Assembly: GCA_018675975.1 (NCBI GenBank)
Contig: JABGXB010000003.1
Location: forward strand, 128,181 to 192,180
Length of the DNA stretch: 64,000 bases
Direction of reading: 5' to 3'
DNA from: Candidatus Woesearchaeota archaeon
Lineage (GTDB): Archaea > Nanobdellota > Nanobdellia > Woesearchaeales > JABGXB01
The position numbers and the translations under genes were made by a program. The notes under the pieces were generated by a model. The model was not told where the DNA came from. It saw only the letters and a list, made by a program, of their open reading frames with translations, and did not search any database. How positions within the stretch are numbered: position 1 is the stretch's first letter; every line of letters begins with the position of its first letter. This document shows, piece by piece, positions 40,949 through 52,547 of this stretch.

Positions 40949-42331
40949 ATGAATAAGAAATCAATTCTATTATTAGCAATATTATGTTTTTCTACATTTT
41001 TTGCACTAAATGTGTCAAATGATTCGATTAATGGATTATTAAGTTTAAAACAATCCAATTATAAAGAATTATGTATTGATACTGATGGAAAAGATTATTA
41101 TAAAATAGGTTTTGTCGATAGAGATATTACTAGTTTTTCAGATACTTGTAATAATGATAATGTATTAACAGAAAATGTTTGTAATGGACAATTTGCAAAT
41201 CAAATTACACACACATGTATATTTTCATGTGATAAATCAAAATGCTTAAAATCATATCAAGGGGATTATGCAATACCAGAAATATTAATTAACAAATTTG
41301 AATTAATTTATTCAGATGAATATAATCCAAAAGACATTAATGGAGAAATTAAATTAAAAAATAATAATGTATTAAAAACAGAATATGGATACATTAATAG
41401 TGTTGGAGAATTAATATATAAAAATTCAGGAACTAGCATTAAAATATTTATTTTAAATTTTAAAAATGAAATAGATATAAAAAATTATGTTAGAAATGTA
41501 AATTTAAAAGATAATTTTAAATTATTAAATAAAGAAAATAAATTATTAGTTATAGATGCAATTTTTGAAGATAGAAAATTAATTTATGATTTTTTAATTG
41601 AAAATACTATATTTGAAAAATTAAATTTAGAACAGAGTGAAGTTGTATTTAGTAATAAAGTAATTGAAAATAATAATATAATAAATAGAGTTAGACAGGT
41701 TTGGAAACCTTCAAGTAATTCACTTATGCCAAAAGCTTGTGATAAATTAATTAATGAAAATGGAAATAGTGCTTGTGATCATCCTTCAGGACAAAACATT
41801 GAAAATATTGATTGTTCAGAATTTAAATTAAATCAACAAGTAAAAACAATTAGAAATTCAGCTGAAAATAATTATATGTGTAAAAAAATTAATATATTAA
41901 GCTTAAAACAAAATAAATGGCATTTATTAGGTTCAATTGATCCTGAATTAAATAATAAATTAAAAGAATGTAATGGAAAAACAACATATTCATTTAATGA
42001 TGGTGCTTGGATTAAAGATTCCAAAAAAATTGAATTAGGAAAAGGGTTTTGGATTAAACTTAAAGAAAGTTGTTCATTAGAAATTGAAAGTAATAATGTT
42101 ATTAATTATAAAATGGAATCAGGTTGGAATTTAGTTTCATTAAAATCAATTTTAAAAGATAGTTATTTGAGAGATAATATATGCTTAAATGGAGTTGAAA
42201 AAATATTAATAACAAATAAATATAATGAAAATTCCAATAATTTTAAAGAAATTGATTTAGTAAGTAAAAAAATTAATGACGAAATTTTAAAATCAAATGA
42301 AATTTTAGGTGCTTGGGTTAATTGTAATTAA
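40949..42331 (+). CDS. Secreted Cys-rich surface protein
   Basis: N-terminal signal/TM; CIDTDG..YY..G...DTC...LTE.VC...C...C....C module; GKGFWIK and GWNLVS motifs. Confidence 0.75.
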   Translation: MNKKSILLLAILCFSTFFALNVSNDSINGLLSLKQSNYKELCIDTDGKDYYKIGFVDRDITSFSDTCNNDNVLTENVCNGQFANQITHTCIFSCDKSKCLKSYQGDYAIPEILINKFELIYSDEYNPKDINGEIKLKNNNVLKTEYGYINSVGELIYKNSGTSIKIFILNFKNEIDIKNYVRNVNLKDNFKLLNKENKLLVIDAIFEDRKLIYDFLIENTIFEKLNLEQSEVVFSNKVIENNNIINRVRQVWKPSSNSLMPKACDKLINENGNSACDHPSGQNIENIDCSEFKLNQQVKTIRNSAENNYMCKKINILSLKQNKWHLLGSIDPELNNKLKECNGKTTYSFNDGAWIKDSKKIELGKGFWIKLKESCSLEIESNNVINYKMESGWNLVSLKSILKDSYLRDNICLNGVEKILITNKYNENSNNFKEIDLVSKKINDEILKSNEILGAWVNCN

Positions 42332-42334
42332 AAA

Positions 42335-43432
42335 TTATTCAAATAAACTTTTAAAAAAACCTTTATTTTCTTGCTTACCAATATATTCTTTATAAAATTC
42401 TTTTTCATGTTTAGTAAGTTTATTTGGAGTTTCAATAATTACCCTTACATATAAATCTCCTTTATTAGTTGAATTTAAATGTTTAATTCCATTATCTTTA
42501 ATTCTAAAATTAGTATGAGTTTGAGTGCCTGATGGAATTTTTAATTTAACTTTTCCTTTTAATGTAGGAACTTTGATTTCATCACCAATAGCAGCTTGTG
42601 CAAAATTAATTTTTGCATCTATGTATAAATCATCATCAATTCGTGTAAATAATTCTCCTTCACTTACTTGAATTCTAATATATAAATCACCAGATGGTCC
42701 ATCTTTAATACCTGCATCACCATGTCCTCCTAATTTTAATGTTGTTCCATCACGAATACCTTCTGGAATTTTTATATCAATTTTAACATCATCATTTACA
42801 ATTCCAATACCATTACAAGTTGAACAAGGATTTTTTATTTTTTTACCCTCACCACGACAAGTTCCACAAACTCCAGATTGTGAAAAATAACCAAAAGGAG
42901 TTCTTGTTTGTCTTGTCACAGTTCCAGAACCATCACAAGTTGAACAATTTTCTACATCATCAGGTTTTTTTGCACCCTTACCTTTACAACTTTTACATTT
43001 AGTTGTTTTTTCTATACTAACTTGATGTTCTGCTCCTAAAGCAGCATCTTCAAATGAAACATTAAGATTATATTGTAAATCACTTCCTCTTTGAGGACCA
43101 TGACTTTTACGTTTTCTTCCACCACCAAAAAAGCTAGAAAATATATCTTCTACATCATTAAAATCAAAACCACCAAAACCATGGCTTTGTCCGCCAAAAC
43201 CTTGACCACCAAAACCACCCTCAGCTGAACCAAATCTATCATAATTGTTTTTTTTTTTCTCATTACCTAAAACTGAAAAGGCTTCATTTATTTCCTTAAA
43301 TTTTTCTTCAGTATTATTAGAACTACTTACATCAGGATGATATTTTTTAGCTAATTTTTTATATGCTTTTTTAATTTCAGCAGTAGTTGAATCCTTACTT
43401 ACCCCTAATACCTCATAATAATCTTTTGCCAT
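42335..43432 (-). CDS. dnaJ: Chaperone DnaJ
   Basis: DYYEVLGV, HPD, G/F region, four CxxCxGxG repeats. Confidence 0.97.
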   Translation of the reverse strand: MAKDYYEVLGVSKDSTTAEIKKAYKKLAKKYHPDVSSSNNTEEKFKEINEAFSVLGNEKKKNNYDRFGSAEGGFGGQGFGGQSHGFGGFDFNDVEDIFSSFFGGGRKRKSHGPQRGSDLQYNLNVSFEDAALGAEHQVSIEKTTKCKSCKGKGAKKPDDVENCSTCDGSGTVTRQTRTPFGYFSQSGVCGTCRGEGKKIKNPCSTCNGIGIVNDDVKIDIKIPEGIRDGTTLKLGGHGDAGIKDGPSGDLYIRIQVSEGELFTRIDDDLYIDAKINFAQAAIGDEIKVPTLKGKVKLKIPSGTQTHTNFRIKDNGIKHLNSTNKGDLYVRVIIETPNKLTKHEKEFYKEYIGKQENKGFFKSLFE

Positions 43433-43441
43433 TTTTAATAA

Positions 43442-44665
43442 TTAAATTTTAATATTATTTTCATTTAATTTATTTCTATCCATTTCACTTAATTTATATT
43501 TATTACTATTTATTTCATGAATAATTAAATCTAAAAAAGTTTCATAATCTTTTTTATCACATTTTGCTCCTGCCGCAGGAATGTGACCACCACCACTTGC
43601 ACTTTTTATTTTAGATGCCGCAAAATTAACTGCAGAGCCAACATTGATTGTATAATCACTCCTCCTAACTGAAAATGTTGTATTATTATTTACATGTTTT
43701 ACAACAATAATAGTTTTATCCATATTATTGATTGACATAATTGTAGAAATTTGGCTTAATATATGATAAGAACTTTTTAATTCATAAAAAAAAATATTAT
43801 CATCATAAGCTACACTATTATTAAAAAAGTTTTTAACACAATTATTAATTTCATCCAAGACTTCTCTACAAAAAGGTAATTTTTTTTCAAATTCGTCTAA
43901 ATTATTAGAATTTTTTAATGCATTAAAAATATCTTTTACTCTATCAGGATAAAATGCATTACCACATGAAACTAATTCAGTTGCAAGTCCAAATTTACTA
44001 TCATATAAACATTTATTATTATTTTCACTTAATTCAATGTTATATTTTTTAAAAATATTAAATATAAAATCCCCCCACATTGGATATGCAACATCTCCTA
44101 TAATACCAATAATAGCATACCAATCTTTTTCACTTACATCCATAATTAAATTTGCTAAATCATATGCTAATTTTGCCGTACAATATCTTGCAGGATTATC
44201 ACATGCAAAAACAGTATTTGATTTTAATAAAATTACATTAGGGTGTTTTAAATTATCAGTTGGATGATGATCAATAATAACAATTTTTTTCAATCTTTGA
44301 TTACTTAATATACCATCTAATTGTTCAATATTACTAAAAGGTAAATCTAAAGAAAATATAACATCAGTATTAATTAATTTTTTAGTGATTTCCCTTTCAT
44401 TTGAATAAGAAATTCCTTTTAAATGTAAATGTTTAATTCTCTCTAAACCCAATTGCTTTAACATATAGTAAAATATATTTCCAGAAGTAATTCCATCTGC
44501 ATCTTTATCATGTAAAAGCATAATATTAGATTGAGGATTATTAATTAAATGTTCAATTATATTTAAAAAATCTTTTAATGAATTTTCATCAATTATTTTA
44601 TATTTTAAACTAGAGTTTTTAATTTCTTTTTCAAATCTATTTTTTATTTTTTCAAATTTTTCCAT
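43442..44665 (-). CDS. DHH/DHHA1 phosphoesterase (RecJ/NrnA-like)
   Basis: HDKDADG, SLD, IIDHH, GIIGD, GGGHIPAAG; likely start MEKFEK. Confidence 0.88.
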   Translation of the reverse strand: MEKFEKIKNRFEKEIKNSSLKYKIIDENSLKDFLNIIEHLINNPQSNIMLLHDKDADGITSGNIFYYMLKQLGLERIKHLHLKGISYSNEREITKKLINTDVIFSLDLPFSNIEQLDGILSNQRLKKIVIIDHHPTDNLKHPNVILLKSNTVFACDNPARYCTAKLAYDLANLIMDVSEKDWYAIIGIIGDVAYPMWGDFIFNIFKKYNIELSENNNKCLYDSKFGLATELVSCGNAFYPDRVKDIFNALKNSNNLDEFEKKLPFCREVLDEINNCVKNFFNNSVAYDDNIFFYELKSSYHILSQISTIMSINNMDKTIIVVKHVNNNTTFSVRRSDYTINVGSAVNFAASKIKSASGGGHIPAAGAKCDKKDYETFLDLIIHEINSNKYKLSEMDRNKLNENNIKI

Positions 44666-44769
44666 ACTAATCAAATACAATACTCATATTATAAAAATAA
44701 TAAAAAAAATTAGGAATATTTAAAACTATGTTAAAAATTAAATAAAAATAATTTATTATTATTTATTAT

Positions 44770-46632
44770 TTAATCTTCAACTTTATATTCAGCATCTACT
44801 ACTTTTTCAGGTTTTTTATCAGATTTAGCATCTGGTTTAACATCCTCTGCTCCAGCATCTGGTTGATTTGCTTGTGCAGCCTGAGCAGCCTGTGCATCTT
44901 TATATACTTCTTGACCTATTTTTTGCATTTCTACATTAAGTTCTTCAATTGATTTCTTTAATGCAGGAATATCTTTTTTCTCAGGTTTTAATAATTCTTT
45001 CAAATCATCAATTTTTTTAGTTACTGTTTCAATTAATTGCTTATCAACTTTATCTTTAAATTCTTTTAATTGATTTTCATATTGAAATACAATTGATTCA
45101 GCTTGATTTATAGTTTCTACTTCTTCCTTTCTTTCTTTATCACTTTCAGCATTAGCTTCTGCTTCTTTTTTCATTTTTTCAATTTCTTCATCATTTAAAT
45201 TTGTTGAAGCAGTAATTTTTACTGATTGTTCTTTTCCAGTACCTAAATCTTTTGCACTTACATCCACAATACCATTTGAATCAATGTCAAATGTAACTTC
45301 AATTTGTGGTACCCCTCTTGGAGCAGGTGCGATTCCTTGTAAATCAAATCTTCCTAAAGTTTTATTATCAGTTGCCATACTTCTTTCTCCTTGAAGTACA
45401 TGAACACTTACTGCAGGTTGACTATCTGCAGCAGTAGAAAATACTTGACTTTTCTTTGTTGGAATAGTTGTATTTTTTTCAATTAATTTTGTCATTACTC
45501 CACCAAGTGTTTCAAGTCCCAAACTTAATGGTGTAACATCTAATAATAATACATCTTTAACATCACCTGAAAGTACACCAGCTTGAATTGCAGCACCCAT
45601 ACCAACAGCTTCATCAGGATTAACTGATTTATTAACATCTTTTCCAGTTAATTTTTTAATCGCTTCTTGAACTGCAGGAATTCTAGTTGATCCACCAACT
45701 AAAATAATTTTATGAATTTTTTCTATATCTAAACCAGATTCTTTAATTGCTTTTTTAGTTGGTTCTATTGTTTTTTCAATTAAATCACTAGTTAATTCTT
45801 CAAATTTCGCTCTTGTTAAATCTTTAACTAAATGTTTTGGTCCATTTTGATCTGCTGTAACAAAAGGTAAATTAATATTAGTTGTTGCACTAGAAGATAA
45901 TTCAATTTTTGCTTTTTCTGCAGCTTCTTTTAATCTTTGATGAGCCACACTGTCATTTCTTAAATCAATTCCATTATCTTTTTTAAATTCATCAGCTAAC
46001 CAATTAATTATAATTTCATCAAAATCATCTCCACCAAGATGATTATTACCTTCAGTAGCTTTAACTTCAAAAGTATTATCGTCCAATTCAAGAATTGATA
46101 CATCAAATGTACCTCCACCCAAATCAAATACTAATATATTATGTTCATTTGTTTCTTTATCTAAACCATATGCTAATGATGCTGCAGTTGGCTCATTAAT
46201 AATTCTTAATACTTCCAGACCTGCAATAACACCAGCATCTTTTGTAGCTTGTCTTTGTGAATCTGTAAAATACGCCGGGACTGTAATAACAGCTTTATCA
46301 ACTTTAGTTCCTAAATAACTTTCAGCATCAGCTTTTAATTTTTGTAAAATCATTGCAGAAATTTCTTGTGGCGTATAATCTTTTCCATTAAGATTTGTTT
46401 TATGATCCTCACCCATATGCCTCTTTATACTTCTCACAGTATGGTCAGGATTTGTAATTGCCTGTCGTCTTGCTAATTCCCCAACAAGTCTTTCTCCATC
46501 TTTTGTAATTGCTACAACTGATGGCGTTGTTCTATGACCTTCACTATTTGTAATAACAATGGGTTTACCCCCTTCCATTACAGATACACAACTAAAAGTT
46601 GTTCCTAAATCTATTCCTATTGTTTTTGACAT
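44770..46632 (-). CDS. dnaK: Chaperone DnaK (Hsp70)
   Basis: [29 protein letters not shown]; short form lacking the Gram-negative insertion. Confidence 0.98.
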   Translation of the reverse strand: MSKTIGIDLGTTFSCVSVMEGGKPIVITNSEGHRTTPSVVAITKDGERLVGELARRQAITNPDHTVRSIKRHMGEDHKTNLNGKDYTPQEISAMILQKLKADAESYLGTKVDKAVITVPAYFTDSQRQATKDAGVIAGLEVLRIINEPTAASLAYGLDKETNEHNILVFDLGGGTFDVSILELDDNTFEVKATEGNNHLGGDDFDEIIINWLADEFKKDNGIDLRNDSVAHQRLKEAAEKAKIELSSSATTNINLPFVTADQNGPKHLVKDLTRAKFEELTSDLIEKTIEPTKKAIKESGLDIEKIHKIILVGGSTRIPAVQEAIKKLTGKDVNKSVNPDEAVGMGAAIQAGVLSGDVKDVLLLDVTPLSLGLETLGGVMTKLIEKNTTIPTKKSQVFSTAADSQPAVSVHVLQGERSMATDNKTLGRFDLQGIAPAPRGVPQIEVTFDIDSNGIVDVSAKDLGTGKEQSVKITASTNLNDEEIEKMKKEAEANAESDKERKEEVETINQAESIVFQYENQLKEFKDKVDKQLIETVTKKIDDLKELLKPEKKDIPALKKSIEELNVEMQKIGQEVYKDAQAAQAAQANQPDAGAEDVKPDAKSDKKPEKVVDAEYKVED

Positions 46633-46653
46633 TTTTTAATACCTCATCATAAT

Positions 46654-47166
46654 TTAATTTCGTAAACTCTTACCCATAAAGTAAGTTTTTACATCATTTA
46701 CATGATAATCACTTATCATGCCTTCATGTATATAACCACATTTTTGTAAAAATGTAATTGAATTTGAAATTTCTTCACTAATTTCATAAATAATTTTACA
46801 ACTCGTTAATTTTTTTTGTGACATATATTCTTTTATTTTATTTTCTGCAAACTCCATTAATTGAGTTCCAATTGTTAATGACCTATAATTATTTGCAACC
46901 GCTAAATGTTTTAAATTTACAATACCATGATGTTTGTAAACTTCAATATCACATTTATCTATTAAAATTGCACCAACTATTTCATTATTTTTTATTGCAA
47001 TAAAATAACCAAATGAATTTTCAGTTTCATAATTTTCTTGTTTTTTTACAAATTCATTTAATAATTGTCCAGATGGAAAATTAAATTCTATTAATCTCGA
47101 TAATTCTTTTCTATACAATGATAATATTGCAATAATTTCAGATTTTTGTGCTTTTTTAATTTCCAT
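46654..47166 (-). CDS. GNAT N-acetyltransferase
   Basis: LAVANNYRSLTIGTQLM motif A; SITFLQKCGY motif B. Confidence 0.85.
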   Translation of the reverse strand: MEIKKAQKSEIIAILSLYRKELSRLIEFNFPSGQLLNEFVKKQENYETENSFGYFIAIKNNEIVGAILIDKCDIEVYKHHGIVNLKHLAVANNYRSLTIGTQLMEFAENKIKEYMSQKKLTSCKIIYEISEEISNSITFLQKCGYIHEGMISDYHVNDVKTYFMGKSLRN

Positions 47167-47178
47167 TTTTTTTATATT

Positions 47179-47703
47179 TTATTTTGCAATCTTTACTTTA
47201 CTCGGTCTTAATACTTTATCACCTAACATATACCCAATTTGAAATTCTTCAAGTATAATATCTTTTTCTTTATCACTTTCTTCATTCATTAAAACTTCAT
47301 GATAATTAGGATCAAACATTTTATCTTTTGTATCAATTTTTTTTAAACCAATTTTTTCAAGTGTAGTAAAAAATTGTGCATAAATTAATTCAACACCTTT
47401 AGTAAATTCATCATTTTCTTTAATATTCATTAAAGCTAATGAAAAATTATCTAATATTGGAAGTAAATCTAAAATTGTATTTCTTAAAGCATAATTAGCA
47501 AAATCTTTTTTTTCATTTTCAGATCGTTTTCTATAATTATCAAATTCTGCCTGTAATCGTTGTAAAGTATTAATTAAATCTTTATTTTCTAAAATTAATT
47601 TATCTTCATTTGATAATTCAGAATTAGAAGTATCCATTTCAACTTCCCCATTAATATTATTATTTTCATTCATTGAATTTTGAATATTTTCATCATTTTC
47701 CAT
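47179..47703 (-). CDS. grpE: Nucleotide exchange factor GrpE
   Basis: RLQAEFDNYRKR, LLPILDNF, FDPNYHE, GY....VLRPSKV. Confidence 0.96.
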   Translation of the reverse strand: MENDENIQNSMNENNNINGEVEMDTSNSELSNEDKLILENKDLINTLQRLQAEFDNYRKRSENEKKDFANYALRNTILDLLPILDNFSLALMNIKENDEFTKGVELIYAQFFTTLEKIGLKKIDTKDKMFDPNYHEVLMNEESDKEKDIILEEFQIGYMLGDKVLRPSKVKIAK

Positions 47704-47744
47704 TTAAATTCACCATATAATATAAATTATAAATATATAATTAC

Positions 47745-47763
47745 TGTTGACTTTAAATCAACA
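47745..47763. promoter_or_regulatory. Putative heat-shock operator, TGTTGA-N7-TCAACA
   Basis: Perfect inverted repeat between the grpE TATA (about 47785-47792) and the grpE start. Confidence 0.55.
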
Positions 47764-47897
47764 AATAGTAATAATTAATCTTTATTTATAAACATTTTGT
47801 AAAAAACATACAAAAATCCATTAAAAATAGGCATTTTGATCTTAAAAAATTCAAATAAAAACCCATAAATTATAAATAACACATTAAAAAATAAATT

Positions 47898-49019
47898 ATG
47901 AATAAATCAAATAGAAATTATAAAAAAGTTAAAAAAAAATTTGATAAAGTTAATTTAAATGATATTAATAAAATTAATTTAGAAAAATTACAAAAAGATA
48001 CACTTTTACCATTTGAAAAAAAAGATAAAAATAATATAATAACAATAATTAATACAAATGAAAATTCACAAATAAATAATAATCAAAATAATAATAATAA
48101 TAACAATGATAATGACAATAATAATAATGAACAAATTAAACAATATAGCATTCAAGAATTATTAAATAAAGGAGTTATTTGTTTAGATAAACCCAAAGGT
48201 CCAAGTAGCCACCAAGTTTCTGCATATGTTCAACAAATTTTAAAAATAAAAAAAAGTGGACATAGTGGAACATTAGATCCAAAAGTTAGTGGTATTTTAC
48301 CAATAGCATTAAATTCAGGAACAAAAGTTTTACAAGCATTATTAAAAAGTGGAAAAGAATATATCTGCATTTGTAGATTACATAAGAAAATAGATGAAAA
48401 TCAAATTAAAGAAACATTAAGTAGATTTATAGGAAAAATAAATCAGCTCCCACCCATAAAAAGTGCAGTTAAAAGAAGATTTCGAACTCGAGAAATTTAT
48501 TATATTAACATAATTGAAATTGAAGATCAAAATATTTTATTTAGAGTTGGTTGTCAAGCTGGAACATATATTAGAAAATTATGTACAGATATTGGTGAAA
48601 TTTTAGATTGCGGTGCACACATGGCATCACTTAGAAGAACTAAAGCAGGACCTTTTAATGAAGAAACAAATAAAGTAACATTACAAGATTTAATTGATGC
48701 AATAGAATTTTATAAAAAAGATAATAATGAGAAATTTTTAAGACATTGCATACAACCAATTGAAAAATCAATTGAACATTTGCCAAAAATATGGATACAA
48801 AATGATGCAGTAAAAACAATATCCCATGGAGCAAGTCTTAAAATCCCAGGAATAATAAAATTTGAAAATAATTTTGAAAAAGATCAAATGATTGCAATAA
48901 TGACGCCAAAAAATGAACTAGTATGTATTGCCAAATCAGAAATAAATTCAAATGAAATAAAAAATAAAAAAAAAGGATTAGTTTGTAAATCAGTTAGAGT
49001 TTTAATTGAACCAGAATAA
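47898..49019 (+). CDS. cbf5: H/ACA pseudouridine synthase Cbf5
   Basis: LDKPKGPSSHQV, GHSGTLDPKVSG, QLPPIKSAVKR, CQAGTYIRKLC, PUA domain. Confidence 0.95.
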   Translation: MNKSNRNYKKVKKKFDKVNLNDINKINLEKLQKDTLLPFEKKDKNNIITIINTNENSQINNNQNNNNNNNDNDNNNNEQIKQYSIQELLNKGVICLDKPKGPSSHQVSAYVQQILKIKKSGHSGTLDPKVSGILPIALNSGTKVLQALLKSGKEYICICRLHKKIDENQIKETLSRFIGKINQLPPIKSAVKRRFRTREIYYINIIEIEDQNILFRVGCQAGTYIRKLCTDIGEILDCGAHMASLRRTKAGPFNEETNKVTLQDLIDAIEFYKKDNNEKFLRHCIQPIEKSIEHLPKIWIQNDAVKTISHGASLKIPGIIKFENNFEKDQMIAIMTPKNELVCIAKSEINSNEIKNKKKGLVCKSVRVLIEPE

Positions 49020-49111
49020 ATTTAATAATAAAATAACAATAATATTCATATTCTTCTCGACAAATACAGGTAAGTTTATAAAATAAAATCCTAATATTTT
49101 CTTATAAAGGG

Positions 49112-52100
49112 GTGTTCGTAATAAAAAGGCATTTTATTAGATTATTTTATATAGTTTTATTAGCAGTCGCTTTAATTACAACCATATATGCTGGAGAAAT
49201 AATATCAAACAATATATTGTTAAACAGCACACAAGCAGATAATGAAACACCACTTGAATTTTCAAATACATTAATTCCAAATCAAAATGTATTTTTTTAT
49301 GCAAATTATACAAACTCATCCAATAATCAAGTAATTACTGATGCCAATTGTACATTTAATTTTGTTGGAAATAGCACATTATTAAATTATACATATAATG
49401 CAACAAAAAAATTATATCAAATTAATTTAACTAATGGACTTGAAGAAAATATATATGAATATAATACAACATGTTATGCAACAGATTTTCCATTATTAAC
49501 TATATTAGATAATGTTACTGTAGAACATCCAAATTCAGTTGTTATCAATTTGAATCGAACTTCTTCAGATACATTCACTTTTGATGCAACCCCACACATA
49601 TTTAGAGCTAACATTACTGATAATGCAGGCATTCAAAAAGTTGAATTTAGAATTTACAATGTTAGTAATTATTTAACTCATTGGTTTGCAAACAGCACAA
49701 CATATGAACCAGACATATTAGCAATGGCAGTTAGTAGTCAACAAAGAAATTCATTTATTGGAAAAACAAATCAAACTTGGTTAGATAAATGTATAGACAC
49801 AGTAATATATTGTGGCATATCACCACAAATTTATTCACATCAAGAATCATTAGGTAATATTACAACATTTCTTAATGTAAATGTTACAGCTAAAGTTACT
49901 GCAGAATCAGTTAGTGGACAATGTACTGATAATTTAAGTCAAATAGTAGGTTATCAATTAAACGTAGGAAATATTGTAGCATCTTCGCAAAATATAACTA
50001 ATGCACTTAATGCATGTCCAAGTGAAGTTAGTGATGCTTATATCAATATGAGTTCAGTAAATAATTCAATAATAAATGCAAGCTCAATTGTTGATTCAAA
50101 TCGAATAAATATTACTAATACAAGTGCAATTTACCAATTAAATTTTACTAATTATTTATCAGACTTAACTACAAGCACAATTGATTATGTCTATGTATGG
50201 AACGCACAAAATATACACAATAGTTCAAATACTACAACAATTGGAATATTAAATGTCACTACAGGAACACCACCAGCATTAACCCCCACAAGATTAGAAT
50301 TATTAAGTCTAAATAAAAATAATAATACAGAATTAAATCTATCAACACAATTTATATTTAATTTTTCTAACCCCTTAGATGTAAATAACAATAGACAAAT
50401 AATATTAAAAGTTAATAATCAAGAAATAGAATATTCCGAAGAATTTGAAAGTAATATATTAACAATTATATCATTAGAAGATTTTGAAGAAAATTCAAAC
50501 ATTTCATTAATAATAAATCACACAGTAAACGATACATACTCTAGTGATTTCAATAGAACTGCAGAGTATAATTTTACAACACCATTTAGAGATTCAGACA
50601 ATAATGGAACAATTGATTCCAATGATAATGATTTAGATGGAGATGATTTAAACAATACAGTAGATTTTATTTTTGGAAATGAAACTAATATACACACAAA
50701 TTATGTAAATATTTCAATTGAAATTAATAATACAACACCTGATAACAAATCATATAATTCTACAGAATTAGTTCAAATATATAATGGAAGTTTAGAATTA
50801 ATAAGATTTAATTATAATTTTAGTGATAATAATACATTAGATTTTAGAAATATTTCAATAATCAAACAAAAAAATAATCAAAGTTATTATACAATAATTA
50901 ATGGAATTAATACAAGTTCAAAAACAATTGTATTCGAACATAATGTAACCATAAATACAGACATATGTATTATTGATAATGAAAGTGTAAATATTACTGA
51001 ATTTTCAACAACATGCTCAAACGATAATGAAGTATTTGTAGAATGTGATGGAACAACACAAAGTGGATATACATGCACTTATGAAAATAATTTATTTAAT
51101 ATAAGTGGATTAAATAATACAGGATTAAAAGTACAATGTTCCGAATCATGGTCAACAGGAAGTTTTGGCGCATGTAGTGGAAGTACTCAGACTAGAACAG
51201 TTACAGATACAAATGATTGTGGAACGATTTTTTCAAAACCAACAACAAGTCAATCATGTTCAACAGGAGGAAGTGGAAGTTCAAGTAGCAGCAGTAGTAC
51301 AACTACCACCACAACCACAACAACAGTAGTTACAGAGGAAGAAGAAGATATTATAGAAGATGAAATTATAAATGAAGAAGATCAAGATGAGGAAAAAGAA
51401 AATAATGATAAAGAAGATGGTAATAACGAAGATAAAGAAAAAAATCCAGACAGTGATATAAATTCCGAGAGTAACGATCAAAGAAGTGTATCAGAAGAGT
51501 ATTGTAGTAAAAATAACATCAATTTCAATAAAATATCTAATTGTAATTTTAAAAAAATAATTGAAGGTAAATTTCAAATTAATGAATATGCCTCAATCAA
51601 AATAAATCAAGGTTCAATTTATTATGACAAGTCATTAGAAATAGATTATATACCAAAAGAAACAATATTTTTATTTAAAAATTCAAATTCTAAATATCAA
51701 CCAACATTTATTTTCGAATCATCAGATAATGAAATTGAATCCAAAGCAAATGAATTATTAGGTGAAATCAGCGGAAATAATTTGATTCTAATTGTTAAAG
51801 AAGGTAGTGTTTCAATTAAAAAAGAAAATAAAGTACAAATAATTGAATCAGGTAATGCATTTATCACAAATACAATATCAGGAAAAACTGTAAAAAGTGC
51901 ATTCGATTCAACGGCAGACGTATATAATGTTCTTGGTGAAATTAAAACTCAACTAAAAGAAAGTGATGGAGATTTAGATTTTATAATATTACAAGATGCA
52001 AAAAAAAATACAGGAGTTGAAATAATTCACAAAATTATATTTTTCATTTTAATCGGATCAAGTGTAATAAGTTTTGCACTTGTAAGATCAGAAGATATCA

Positions 52101-52489
52101 GATTTTATGTGGAAAAAAAATTATACACACCACATGGAATAATAAATAAACAAATAAGTAATACTATAGAATTAAACCACAATCAAGATAATAAAAATAG
52201 TAATAATCCAATAAAAGAAAAAATTACTAATACAGAAAATATAATTAAAGAAGCAAAACAAATTAATAAAGAAAAAATAATTGAAAATAATGAACCAAAA
52301 GTATCAAAATTAATAAAATATTTTAAAAATCCCACCACAATAATTAAACTAAAACCTAATGAAATTAAAAATAAAAAAATTCACGACAAAATTGATAATT
52401 TATTTCTGAATAAAAAAATAACAAAATCCAAATATAAAGAATTATTAAAACAATTAATTGACGTTGAAACAAATGTAAAAATTAATTAA
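49112..52489 (+). CDS. Large membrane-anchored surface glycoprotein (Ig-like, DxDxDG Ca-binding, TSP1-like modules)
   Basis: Signal peptide, dense NxS/T sequons, DSDNNG...DLDGD, CSESWSTGSFGACSGSTQTRTVTD.N.CGT, S/T and acidic linker, TM, Lys-rich tail. Confidence 0.8.
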   Translation: MFVIKRHFIRLFYIVLLAVALITTIYAGEIISNNILLNSTQADNETPLEFSNTLIPNQNVFFYANYTNSSNNQVITDANCTFNFVGNSTLLNYTYNATKKLYQINLTNGLEENIYEYNTTCYATDFPLLTILDNVTVEHPNSVVINLNRTSSDTFTFDATPHIFRANITDNAGIQKVEFRIYNVSNYLTHWFANSTTYEPDILAMAVSSQQRNSFIGKTNQTWLDKCIDTVIYCGISPQIYSHQESLGNITTFLNVNVTAKVTAESVSGQCTDNLSQIVGYQLNVGNIVASSQNITNALNACPSEVSDAYINMSSVNNSIINASSIVDSNRINITNTSAIYQLNFTNYLSDLTTSTIDYVYVWNAQNIHNSSNTTTIGILNVTTGTPPALTPTRLELLSLNKNNNTELNLSTQFIFNFSNPLDVNNNRQIILKVNNQEIEYSEEFESNILTIISLEDFEENSNISLIINHTVNDTYSSDFNRTAEYNFTTPFRDSDNNGTIDSNDNDLDGDDLNNTVDFIFGNETNIHTNYVNISIEINNTTPDNKSYNSTELVQIYNGSLELIRFNYNFSDNNTLDFRNISIIKQKNNQSYYTIINGINTSSKTIVFEHNVTINTDICIIDNESVNITEFSTTCSNDNEVFVECDGTTQSGYTCTYENNLFNISGLNNTGLKVQCSESWSTGSFGACSGSTQTRTVTDTNDCGTIFSKPTTSQSCSTGGSGSSSSSSSTTTTTTTTTVVTEEEEDIIEDEIINEEDQDEEKENNDKEDGNNEDKEKNPDSDINSESNDQRSVSEEYCSKNNINFNKISNCNFKKIIEGKFQINEYASIKINQGSIYYDKSLEIDYIPKETIFLFKNSNSKYQPTFIFESSDNEIESKANELLGEISGNNLILIVKEGSVSIKKENKVQIIESGNAFITNTISGKTVKSAFDSTADVYNVLGEIKTQLKESDGDLDFIILQDAKKNTGVEIIHKIIFFILIGSSVISFALVRSEDIRFYVEKKLYTPHGIINKQISNTIELNHNQDNKNSNNPIKEKITNTENIIKEAKQINKEKIIENNEPKVSKLIKYFKNPTTIIKLKPNEIKNKKIHDKIDNLFLNKKITKSKYKELLKQLIDVETNVKIN

Positions 52490-52547
52490 TTTTAGTCGGA
52501 AGATTTATAAACAAATTTTTCTTATTTTTATTTAAAAAGAGGGTAAT

